A DNA stretch of 59,556 nt, filler included, from Basidiobolus ranarum (Eukaryota): the NCBI GenBank assembly GCA_040143965.1. It is 9 parts of 9 records of this genome, joined end to end, with 100 filler letters (N's around TTAATTAATTAA, not from the genome) between each part and the next. Parts side by side here need not be neighbours in the genome. Positions count along the whole stretch, not along the records: positions 19,938 to 26,472 come from JASJQH010008176.1; positions 26,573 to 33,097 come from JASJQH010008177.1; positions 33,198 to 39,722 come from JASJQH010008178.1; positions 39,823 to 46,339 come from JASJQH010008179.1; 5 more parts are not named here. One strand, given 5' to 3'. Below, piece after piece: positions 25,801-40,577 of the stretch. Within the stretch, counting starts at the first letter, position 1, and each line of letters opens with the position of its first letter. The notes under the pieces were generated by a model. That model was not told the DNA's origin and ran no database searches. It saw only the letters and a list, made by a program, of their open reading frames with translations. Both the position numbers and the translations under genes were made by a program.

Positions 25801-26199
25801 ACTTGGAAGCTCCTGAAATCATTGACTATGGTAATTACCAGAATATATTTGGTCAATCAGTGTTGTGTCAAAGAGAAAAGAGGATAAAAAGTCATGAACT
25901 TTACTGAACCAAAGAAACAGTTACAAGCAGAATCTTAGAACAGTTCAAGCAGGACATATCAGCAGAGCAGATCTAAGCAATATGTGTCTTGGGAATGGCA
26001 GTGGGTTGCTATATTATAGTAGAGAGTGGATTGCTAGGCTGCTAAGCTTGGTATTCTGTAGATGCTAGCAGATACTAGGCTTTGATAGAAATAAAGGGGA
26101 ATATTGAATTTGTTGAGATACACACTAACCCAAAAGATTTATTTAGCTTTATTTATATTGTTTGATAGTAAAGTGAATTCATCAGCCCCAAGATAATAG

Positions 26200-26472
26200 A
26201 TGACTAATTTTAATAAAAGAGAATATGAAATGTTCTCAAACTAGGCAGACAAATAGCTGTTGCAATAATTTGAAGTTGGAGGGGTCTTCAGAAGGGAAGT
26301 ATTTTGTTGGCCAGAGGCCTCATCCCCTTCTTTAGGCTAATATGTTCCTCTATATGATAAGGCATTAGGTTTTCTTTTCTGGCTACCTGGTCAATATGTA
26401 ATCACAAAATTAAAACTGGCAAGAAATAATGCCCATCTTGCTTGATGATGGTTGAGAACTTTGGTTGTACTG
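26200..26472 (-). mobile_element. Ty3/Gypsy RNase H remnant
   Basis: Translates as [28 protein letters not shown]..PNALS. Confidence 0.8.
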
Positions 26473-26572
26473 NNNNNNNNNNNNNNNNNNNNNNNNNNNN
26501 NNNNNNNNNNNNNNNNTTAATTAATTAANNNNNNNNNNNNNNNNNNNNNNNNNNNNNNNNNNNNNNNNNNNN
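26473..26572. other. Artificial contig spacer
   Basis: N44-TTAATTAATTAA-N44. Confidence 0.98.
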
Positions 26573-27192
26573 TCTGCTGTACCATTTTTCACATCAGATT
26601 TCCTTGCTCGTTATCTTAGCTTGCTTTATGCAATCTTTTAAATGAGAATAGAATCCTTGGAGTTAACCCTGAAACCAGTTTAATTGTCCCTTAACTAAAT
26701 CATATATTTATTGAGGTTCTACTAGATGAATATCTTGCGTATCACAAGAGATGTGCTTCACCTCAAATATGTCATTCGTTTCAAATTCATATATTACTAC
26801 TGCATTTGGTCATCCAACCACCAATTGCGGTGAAATGAATGTGGACGAGATGACACAAAAGATTTGCTAAGCGAGTGCACATGATGTAAAGGGGCAGCGG
26901 GAGGATCGATGATTGAGCTTGAGTTGGTCCCAGTTTACTTTACTACAGCCGAGTTTCTGAAAGACAAAAGTGATCTATTGGATTCTAATCGTGGCGATTC
27001 AGCTGAGCATTACTAAGAAAGGCACCTCTACTTCGAATGTTACCTTCACGAACAAGCGTAATTCCACTAAATTCGACCATTTTGAGGTGTTCACTGAACT
27101 CATTCTGGATCAAGATTACCTCAAATTCAGACGGTGAGAGGCGAAGGGTAAACAAGCAGGTCAGAGTATTCGGGTAAATGAGTTTTAAGTTT

Positions 27193-29586
<2,394 letters not shown>

Positions 29587-32500
29587 ATGTAACAAAGTGT
29601 GTGTATTGAAAACTGTATGATACTAGTGGGGAAAAAACGAAAGGAAGAGAGATTTGGAGGGCTAGGACAACAATGAAGTAGCGTGAGCACGAGAGTAAAG
29701 AGGCTGATATACAAACCCCTGGTAAATAAAGAAATTAATGAAAATATGAGGAGTGTCAAGAAAAAGGCTTTAGTTAGATAAACATACAGAAGAAAGAAGT
29801 AAATGAATTTGATATTATGCAGTGTGATATTCTAGACTTTATTTATATGATCCATGCTCACATTTTCATGGTATGACATTTGGAATGGATTGATATAAAT
29901 GATTATTTTAAGCTGATGAATATCACAGAGCTCGTACCATTGCTAAGCATGGAAGGCCGCTGTTTATTCTGAAAGAGGCCCCCTCTACTGCTAGACTCTT
30001 GGCTAGATTTGCCCTCGCTGTTTCTAAATGGACTGGCTCTATTGGTCTGCCTAATTAGCCAATTCTTAGGAAATAATATTAGCCCAATCTTGAATCCGAC
30101 ATCGTCCATTCGCCCAAAACTACCTATATCGGGTTGATTTCGCAGTCACAGGTATGGCCCACTCCAGAGAAAAAGACTCTGTTGACTTCACATGAGCAAT
30201 ATAGAGCGTAGAAGAATCCCTGATAATCAGGAATTCACGGCAAATAATGGCTTGAGACATTCATGTGATGGGGCACAGACTGGGATCAAGATCAGGAGTG
30301 CGTATCTGAAACAAGTAGTCCGCACCACGAACAGCCCTTGTGATGAATATATTGAGGCTTTGTTGTACATGTGATCACGAGGAAATTTCCCTAGATCTTG
30401 TCCAAAGTACGAGTATGAGTAGTTGCATATTGAGTATTCAGCATGATCCTACTCTGGAATTGATCGGCCACTTGATTGGTACAAAGGTGTTCCTGTATCA
30501 GTCCATATAAAAGCGGGACGTCGCATCAGGCTTGCTCCCCTGATAACACGCGAAGTTCAAAGGCTGGCCAGAGAGAGATAGTTATTATTATGCACGCGTT
30601 GATTTCATCATCTTATGGAGCTTTCTGATTGAAAACACTGCTTTGCTTTTGGGTATTTAAGTATGATATATATGTTGGTCATTCACACACAGATCCTGTA
30701 CCTCTGCTGCCTTGATATCACAAGCGTATCTGCCAGCGCTAAGAAGTCGGAAGTAGGGGGCCAGAGATGAGTTTCCGAAGGGCTGCGAGATAGAACAGAA
30801 TGATATTAAATAGCAATCATTGTTCATATGGGAGTGCATTCAGCTGTGAAAATGCGACCAAGTTCAAATTGCTGGTTGTGCTTTGCCGCTCACAATTAAG
30901 ATATCTGGTTGTATTACTGCATTACAAATGCATATTGGATAATGGGTAAGATTTCCTGTGCTGGCTCTTGGCCGATTAGAGGCAACAGTCAAATCCTCTG
31001 ATGCATAGATCAGAATTAATAACCCATATTAAAGATGGATGTCTTTTCACTGTGGAGGCATGCTTGAAATAAAAGTGCCATCGAAATTGGTGTAATAATA
31101 CTACAGATTCTTACTTCACACTGAGATGCACTTTATGCTGGATTTTACAAAGTTCTTTATTGTGCATGAAGACTTCCAAGAAATATGTCAAATTCCTAAA
31201 TACCACATCAGCAAGCTTAACCAAAGATGTACTAGTGCTGTTCAGTACATCACTGGGATGCTTTGGAATAGACTCGAGTCACTACGCATTCTTTTAGTTT
31301 TAGATTCCTGTAATATTAGTTTGTTCCATGGGGTATGAAATCATGCGGGATTCTTCTCTCCACTGCAAGTACAAAGAACAACCATCGTTCTCATTTGCAT
31401 TCGTCATATAAACCCAGACAACAGCTATTTCATTGGCCAGTTACTAGCGATACCAATTTCATATGATACGGAGCCCTTAGTCTATAGTTTCATTATTGAA
31501 TAACTTTAGAAGAAATCCATAGTGACAGCTCTTGTTTTTGAGACAGTATAGGGATGGGTCTTGAATACGTACAACTACTCTACACTCCTTCGAATAGCTC
31601 TGAAAGCAGTGTGATGAGTTTTCATTTATCGCCTACCAAACGTGATAAAGCCCGCATGTACAATGAATAGTATCTAGAAGGCATAACACTGAACAATCCC
31701 CATGGTTGGTCCAATTTTCGGGATGCTTGATATTATCTCCAACACGTCAAAGCACTTGCTAAAATTGTATGAATGATTTAATTTGTATATTTACGATGTG
31801 CAGAAATCCTCTCTGGGAGCGTATTCCCAGTTATTGGATAATTTGCACATAACTACGTTTATGGAGATTGGTTAATGCTTCCTTTGATATTCTCACTAAG
31901 ATTTCTAAGCCCTAGCGTACCCTCGATTCCAGTCCACTGATACACCGGAGTCGTTGGATATCTCCCTCCCTCAACTATCTGATGTCCCCCCGGATGTCTG
32001 ATGTCTCCAACGGAGTGACATGCGATTTAGTCTTCTGTTTCCGTTTCATGTCTTATAGGTATTAAAAAATACTCTAAGTAATCTGTTCCCAGAAACCACC
32101 TTTAAGTATAAAGTGGTATTGCAGGTCTTGAGTCATCTCGCACTTAAACTCTTGTTTGGAGTAATTCAGTGCCCCCACACTATGTGTCTCACTCCTTAAT
32201 CTTTCACCTTTTGCTACTTTTATCAATCAACTTTCGGCCATCGCGTCTGCTCGTAAAAGGTCTTAATCTGACTATTTTGGCTGAAATTTGAGTCGACTCT
32301 GGATGATGTGATAAAAAAAGGAGGTTTTCAAACATATACTAGTAATGTGTAACCCAATGTTGCAGTATTTGTTAATACCCTAAGTATTGCTGGCTATTCA
32401 GATCGAGCGGTTCCTATGTTATGGTAGTAGTAGTTGAGTAGCCTGCTACGACATTTCGCCCAGGATGTATATTGGGCCATATCCAGATAGTCGAATTTAT

Positions 32501-33097
32501 GGATGCTTCGTCAAGTTTGTACCAGTCGGCAGCAGTGTTAATGTAGCACCCTCATACTGTGTTTGGAATTACATGAAAGAACTCTGATAGGATAGCGAGT
32601 CTGTTCAGGAATTTCAATGCTTTATTACTGTATTTGTCTAAAGGCTTGGTCGCAATTAATGTTCATTAACCTTGAAGCATCTCTTCACGACGTTGTCCAG
32701 TTTCAGTGACTAGGCGGTGATACTACCCTATAGCTGTTCAGTATGCAATCGAGCCTTATAGAGCTTGCTATTTGCTGTCTCCTTCTTTTGAACCAAGAAT
32801 AACTGATATCAAGTTTACCGAACCGGATTCGTAATTGCAATTTGGCAAATGCTTCATGATTACTAAATCAACAGAGTAATGAAGGTCATTATTTTCCAGA
32901 CTCAAATGATGTATTCTATATACTTCGACTCCTGATCTGAGCCAGGTCGAGGGCATTTCGGAGTTTAAGTGCTGTATGTCCCTGAAAGCTTACATATTCT
33001 AAGACTTTGGGAATATCGAATTCGTAGTGTTCCTTGAATGTTTTTCTTTCATCTACATTAGAGTCGTGTGGCAATAACAAATTACTGTACACCAAAA

Positions 33098-33197
33098 NNN
33101 NNNNNNNNNNNNNNNNNNNNNNNNNNNNNNNNNNNNNNNNNTTAATTAATTAANNNNNNNNNNNNNNNNNNNNNNNNNNNNNNNNNNNNNNNNNNNN
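33098..33197. other. Artificial contig spacer
   Basis: N44-TTAATTAATTAA-N44. Confidence 0.98.
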
Positions 33198-33810
33198 TTC
33201 TAGGTCTTTTCTTACCGTTTACACCGGGGAGCGATACAAAGGAAAATTCTTTCTGGCTATCATCGTTACCCTGATGGTAAGTATAATATGCCTCCGCCCG
33301 ATAGTTTCCCTCCCATGGTATAGCGGAGTTGTGACTTCTTGCTCTGTGTACAACTGGGTGCTGATGCTCGTTGAGATGTGAAATAGGCGTAGCATAGGGG
33401 TAGGATTGAGAACGAGGCGAAGCCTGTGGGTTGCGCGACATAGGAGCTTGAGTGGGCTGTTCAGTATGACTGAGATAACTGCTAGTGCCATTTGATATGG
33501 ACGGCAAAGAGTCTCTAGAAACTATAGGTGGCAGTTGTTGGTGATCAAAAGAGCCGCTTGCATTGTGGGTATCAATTCCCAGTGGTTGCGAAGAGGAGGT
33601 GCCTAGTATTGGGGTTGCCAATGGGGCCTCTGCAGAGGTAGGGCTAGTGAGGATACTAGAGCTAGATTTAGGCGAGCCAGGGAATAGATTGCTCAAGGTT
33701 TCTGAAAGTGGTGGAAGTGAAGGTGGGGGAGTATTTGTCACTAATTGTTGCCTCAAAAGCTCATCGTTAGTGTCAGGGACTGACATTTTAGACAACTGCG
33801 TACAATTCAT
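33198..33810 (-). CDS. Con7-like C2H2 zinc-finger transcription factor, N-terminal part cut by the contig end
   Basis: Ser/Pro-rich region ending in FSFVSLPGVNGKKRPR, the segment that precedes the zinc finger in Con7-type proteins. The finger itself is outside the contig. Confidence 0.7.
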
Positions 33811-36611
33811 GAATGGAACAGAGCAGGTTATAGAGGTACGGTAGTTGTAAGCTTTGTGCTTTGCAATATCAATGGGGTTTAGAGTAGTTGAGTGGGTTTC
33901 TTTCGGATGTACTATCTCAAATTAGGTTTCTTTACATTCAGAGTTGTATCCCATACTAGTTAGTTTATAGCCGCAAATAGAAATCAAGGGTCTAGGATTA
34001 ATGGCGATAGTGCTGAGAAAATTGTTGGCAAGGAAAGTGAATTTACGACGCACGGTCACACTTTTATTTCTATAGTGAAACTCCACGATACAGATAGTGC
34101 TCTATCGGAATTTACTGATCCAGTTGGGGAGCTTTGTAATATAATCACCATATGGGGATCATGTTATCTCACAGGTTTTGATTGGAAGATGGAGTTATGT
34201 TATTGCCACCTTCTCCCTCATTTAATTCATATAGCCAACTTCACATGCATGTATGTAGATTTTTTGATCTTAGTACCGGCTCCTGTAAGACCTGAGACTT
34301 GAGATTGTTCAGGCGATTATTTATTAATTGTTTGTCACGTTTCACACCGGAATAACGTCATAGTCGAGGCAAATCCTAAAACACCTGCGAAAAACAAGGT
34401 AAAGGCGGTTACAAATATCGGCAAGTGAAGTTGCATGCTCCTACTCCAGACCTGAAAATCCCTCGTAACTCAGTTGGCCAATATCCATAATATCCCAATT
34501 CTCATGCAAATCCTCCTAAACTCGCCCAGAGTCACAAGTTGAAACAACAACCACTTGCTGCCCTCTGATACGTGCTCAGGTCAGTACACAGACGTCACTG
34601 TGCTACATTGATCTAGATGGGAATGCCGCTTTCGACAGCAACAAGTAGCGAGCAAACAAGATCATCCAGTGCCATGACAGAGATACGGCATCTAATTATC
34701 TCAATGGAGCATATTTAGAACGTGAGATACTCCATGGAAATATCAAGAATGCCGTTGCAACACGATGATGTAATCCATCGTTGGGTGTTTGTTGAGTCAG
34801 GTGTCTTGGATAGCCCTATTGAGTGTTCAGTACTCTGATATACTCCGTCTGCTTCCAGTCGATGGATTAGAAGCAACCAAGCATTTGGGCTAATCACTTG
34901 AGGTGAGCGCGTGGAAGCCCATACAGTTTCACGTTTTAGGTGCAAGCGCAACATCAAAGGAGTTGATGCAGATGCGTTTGACGCTGAAATCAGAGCCTAT
35001 GAAAGGCACAATGAATCATGGGTGAAGCTCTCCATTGCTGAGGATCGATCAGCCTATCACGATGATGTTCAATTGACCTGGAAATTAGCTTGAGTAGCAC
35101 CGCAGCTCCGAAATAGCCATCGCTCCTTTGCTTAAACAGTCAATTCCAGAACCAGAGCCTAGCTTGTTTCCAATTTCTAGTGAAGAGCTTGTGCTCAAAG
35201 ATGAGGCAACCAAAGTCATTTCAACTATTGTTGAACCAGTCGACCAAGAATCCAAATAAGTGGCGAAAATCCACCCAAGCATCTGATATATTAATCAGCT
35301 CTTGTCAGGGTGGTGGAATTTAATAGGCGTAAATGATGTTGGATCATCGAGATTCCATCTTATGATCCGTGCCACAGTCTTTCAATCAGTCTACTTTTGT
35401 ACTCACCGTTGCTAGTACGTATTATGGATAATGGAAGTTGCATTGGATGTAATTATACTCCAGAGATATTGTACGGCCAGACGAATCCATACTCGATTCT
35501 GCCCCAATAATTTACATGATTAAGTTGTATCCTCCACCGCTTATTGTGCACGCTAAAGCCGACTCATCGTCTACTACGATAATTTGAAGATGCCTGAATA
35601 TGATGCGAGCTGCATATAGAATCTCCAATACAATTAGTTTAAAGTGTGTGTTTATATGTCACATTTCTTTTTATCTTTACAATAGGTGCATGCCAACACA
35701 ATAACCAAAGAATGCCCTGTTGTAGGTATTTAGGATAATTTTAAGAAACATTTGCTCTTATTGTTTTAAAGAATTGAATACAAGTATATGTTAGAAATAA
35801 GCAAGAATTGCGACAGGGGTATGTTGCTAGGGCACTAAGGATATTTCTGTGTTTCATCTTTTTCAATAATTCTGATATTTAATCGGTATGCCGCAATTAT
35901 TACTGATTAATTATTTAGTAAAACCTCAATCAGTGTGCTCAACTCGATGTAGGAACACTTAGGGGTCTAACTCTCATATTTCGACGTACCCTTTATTTCA
36001 TTACATTCAGCGCATGTACTAACTCGAGACAATGTAAGTGGTTAGCATATCGAATGAACTGAAAATTTTAAAGAAAATCCAGAAAAACGTATAGAGCACT
36101 CCTAAGATTGGAATATTGTGGAAGTTAGAGTCTTTTTCACTCTTAATGATCTTAGTTTCAATTTTTTCATTTATTTTTTTGATGGTCCAATGTGAATGGG
36201 ATACTAATTCATAATATGGAATAGTAAATACTACAAAGTTATAGCCACAGCCCATACTCATGTATTGCAGGATAATCATTTTTTCAAATTCTATATCCAA
36301 AAGTGGAGCTTTACGCTTTTACTATGATTCAGTTTTGGATGAAAGTTAAGTACCGATCATGTTTAAAAATAGAGGTCAAATATATTAAGAGGAAACACAC
36401 AGTACTACACAAAAGATTTGAATAATACAGATATTACCATAGAAAATAGTGTTTATAGTGTTTGACAAAATTTCTACTCAAGGATGCCCATATCCAAGTA
36501 ATGTATTAAGATATATTAAGCAAAGTAAGGACATCTGAAAGCAATTGATCTGATAAAGCCTTGATAAATGTGCTTTAAATAGAAATTGAATACTCCAAGT
36601 CTTAATACCTC

Positions 36612-39327
36612 AGTTAAAGCTAGCATTGCCTAAACATCTATATAGTTATATATATAGCTTGGTATTTAATTATCTTATATTTCACTAAGATATCACCTAT
36701 TGTTTTCCATCAGAAATTACTTGGAATACTTTTAATAGCTTGGAGGTTCTCAGATATAAATATTTTTCAAAATTGTGCTACAAACCCAAACTTTGCACAC
36801 CTGCTTGTGGGACCTTTCTTAACATATTCTATATGCAAGTTTATCAATATCCTGACAAAACTATGAATATCAACTTTCTACTCAATGAATTAATAAGTGA
36901 AAACCACCAACTTCTCCAATCCCCAAGACTACCTAAAACAGATTCCAAAATACTTCAAGAAGTTATGAACCCTCAGCTTGCACTCTCAGTAATGACTGCT
37001 TCTCCAACCTCTTTCACTTTTCCCTCTTGTGAAAAATTGGATGGTACCAATTATCAAGTTTGGAAAATTTAAATGAAAATATTACTGCAAGAAAATTGAC
37101 TTTGGAAGCTGTTTTAGGAGAAGAAAACAATGCTAAGCTATCTGCAACCAGAGTTTTACTCTATGTGAAAAGAAGACAGTGCCATGAACATAATTTATTT
37201 TAATGTTACAGACAGATTGCTAATTCAATGCTCAAGGGCCAAAACTGCCATGAAGGTACAGAAGTCTTGCAATACACCTACCAAACATGTTTTCTGCCAA
37301 TAAGATGCTTCTAAGAAGGTAGTTCATTAACTTAAAGATGAAACTAGGTTGAGACATTAAAATACTAGCCATTAGAGTCACTGTCTTAGTGAATAAAATA
37401 GAATTCTCAAGAGTGGTTGCTACTAATCTGGATGTTGTAGTTGCAGTTCTGAATAGCCTGCCACACATGTTTCAGCACCTAGTCAGTGCTCATAAACAAA
37501 GAACTGAAAATTTGATCTCCACTTTTGTATATGGCAGACTTATGGATCAAGATTTATATCAGTAATGATCCAACTGAAAGAATGAAAATGCTTACATAGG
37601 CTATGAGAAATCTTCCTATCAAGTTCAAAAGCACTTTAAGAAGAAAAGTAACACACTCTGTGATCATTGTAAATAAGTTGGCCATTTAAGTAACAATTGC
37701 TTTAAAAGAATTGCAAAAGAAGAAAAACCAACAAAATCCAGAAATGTGGTTATCACAATTGATCATTTGTTCATATCTTCTATATCTTTGACTATCCACA
37801 TGGATTCTCAGATATGGTATATAGATTCTGGAGATACCCAATATCCAATAGATGCAAAATATGGGTTTATGAGTTTTGAAGAAACCCCTGTTAGAAAGGT
37901 CTTGATAGAGATGAACCAACATTGGATGCCAATATATTAGAAACCATTCAAGTCAATTTAACCAGTGCTCCTGAGCTTCTGAAGAGAAAGTGTGAACCTC
38001 TAGTGATATACTACAAGTTTCAAATGTTGCCAAAATTTAAATATCTATTGGTATAGCCATCTCAGAAGGACTAAAAAATCAAATTTGATTAGTCAGGGAG
38101 TATTGTCACTGATCAAAATGGGAATTATTTATCTTGGGAGAAAAGGTTTGGGACTTATATATATATACATATCATCTCAGAGGCTTAGTGTAATACAAGT
38201 TATACCAATCAAGAAACTATTCTACTATGGCATAAGAGATTTAGCCATATTCATTTTAATTTTATGAGCACAAGGATCAAAAAATGCATAATTTCTGGAA
38301 TTCAAATTTAATGCTAAACAAGGTAGAAATTTTTGTAGGTTGTATATACAGAAAAAATGCCACACAACTATGGTAGAGCTCAGGTTTAGTCAAATTTGTT
38401 AAAAAATAGACAACAAACTTCAACACTATATAATCACTTTTGCAAAGTTCATGGAACCAGGCAAGAAACTACTACCTCATATTCATGTCTAAAAGATGAA
38501 GTTACTGAAAAAGCCAACTGGACTATAATAGAAATGGCAAGAACTATGATTAATAGTTTAGATTCATCTCTAAATGTTTGGGCAGAATCTGTGGCTACAG
38601 CTATCTATCTGAAGAATAGGAGTTAAGCTAAGACCCTATGTAACTCTGCCCCATTTCAAGCTTGGCTTGGAGTTCAACCTGATTTGAACAGTTTGAAGAT
38701 CTTTGGATACAATACACATGTCATCATTACAATCAAATATCAGACTATGTTTTATCCAAAAAATAAGAAAAGCATATCTGAGAATTATTGTACTCGCATT
38801 AGAGCCTACTGACTCTAAGACATCTAAATTTCAAAGTTGATCAAATCAAAGGACATTTTGTATTATGAAAATGCAATATTCTTACCGAAAATCAACTCGG
38901 CTGTTGATGAAAATTAATTTTTCCTGATCCATTCTTCAAAATGATTCAAACCAAGAGAATGCAGCAATTTCAATTCCTGCGGATCTTTCAACCAAATGTC
39001 AGGCCACTGAAGTACCTAATACAATGCTAGCAGCTGCAGTATCTTTATCCCCAACCAGGAGAGCAAATCAGATAAGGAACTGCTCTGATTACTTTTCTAT
39101 AGGTCCCAAAATTGGGCCTATGCCTACACAGCTTAATTACATGAGCCCCAGACTGTGAAATAGGCCCTTAATAGCCCTCACTCAAGTTTGAGAGATCTGC
39201 CATGGCTAATGAGTGACAGGCTTGGAGTTATGATAAATCTTGGATTTTAATCTAGTCACCTACTGATAGATCAAAAATTAACTGCCATTGGGTGTTTGAA
39301 GTTAAATTTAAATTTCAATAATACTCT
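36612..39327 (+). mobile_element. Decayed Copia family A element: 5' LTR, PBS, gag, protease, integrase and start of RT
   Basis: LTR at 36612-36960 and PBS AGTTATGAACCC at 36961-36972. Motifs KLDGTNYQVWK, WYIDSG and VWAESVATAIYLKNRS. Confidence 0.88.
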
Positions 39328-39722
39328 GCTCAATCTGATTAAAATGTATCAGCAAAATCAGTGATGCATGTAATATGATGCACTAAGGAGAATCCAGACT
39401 ACATTTACCTTCCAACACAGGGCTCTTTTCCATATGCCTATATGTTTTTGCATTGTTTGAGCACAGTAACAGCTACAAAACCCTATTGAAGGAAACAGAG
39501 TAAGTACCTCTATAGTTCTAACTATTTTGTTCACATGATAATATGACAGCATTTCTAAGAAAGCTGGATGACAGACTTTTTAGTGAGATAGATCAAGATA
39601 TGCAGTATTGTTATTTTAGCCATGGTGTAATCTATTCATGCAATAACACATCTACTTGTGTCAATACATTTGTTGACTACAGGTTGGGTATATTTTGGCT
39701 GAATTGTTTATTGAATTTTGCC
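39328..39722 (+). mobile_element. CACTA-like transposase fragment
   Basis: Aligns by eye with 7850-8240. Confidence 0.7.
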
Positions 39723-39822
39723 NNNNNNNNNNNNNNNNNNNNNNNNNNNNNNNNNNNNNNNNNNNNTTAATTAATTAANNNNNNNNNNNNNNNNNNNNNN
39801 NNNNNNNNNNNNNNNNNNNNNN
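39723..39822. other. Artificial contig spacer
   Basis: N44-TTAATTAATTAA-N44. Confidence 0.98.
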
Positions 39823-40577
39823 ATATATCTGAGAACTTCTAAGTTGGTAAAAATATTCTAAGTAAATTCCAATTGAGAATAATTGATAATATCTTAGTGA
39901 ACTATAAAATAACTGAGTACTAAGCTATATATGACTATATAGGTGTTTAGGCAATGCTAATTTCAACAGTTAGGAGAATTGGAGAAATTAGTGGTTTTCA
40001 CTTATGCATATATAAACCATAAAGTTGACATTATTGGTTTTGTCAAGAGGTAAGCAAAACTAAATTGTAGAATATGTTAAGGAAGATCCCTGGAATATGT
40101 GTGCAAAGTCTGGTGCTTCTAGTACAAGCTTGAAAAATCTATATATCTGCAAACTTATAGATGGTTATAATATTCCAAGTAAATTGCAGTTGAGAATAAT
40201 GGGTAATATCTTGGTGAAGTATAAGATAACTAAGTACCCAGCTATACATGCTATAAAATATTCAGGCAAAGCCAATTTCAGCAGTTTACACTAATTGACA
40301 TATTGAGTTGAGCATTAACATTTATAGTTTTGTCAAGATGTAAGAAGACTGATGTGTAGAATGTGTTTAACAAGGTCCTAGGAATATGTGTTCAAAGTCT
40401 GGGCCTTCTAGCACAAGTTTCAAAAAATCTATTTATTTGAGAACTTCTAAGTTGGTAAAAGTATTCCAAGTAATTTCCAATTGAGAACTATGGGAAATAT
40501 CTTAGTGAAATATAAGATAACTAAGTACTAAGCTATATATGACTATATAGGTGCTTAGGCAATGCTAATTTCAACCA
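39823..40577 (-). repeat. Three stacked family A LTR copies
   Basis: Three successive ...GCTAATTTCAACA-like ends at 39968, 40283 and 40577. Confidence 0.85.

Noticed and set aside
36200-36320. Possible hAT dimerisation-domain remnant on the minus strand
   Set aside because: It needs several frameshifts in AT-rich sequence and is not supportable by eye.
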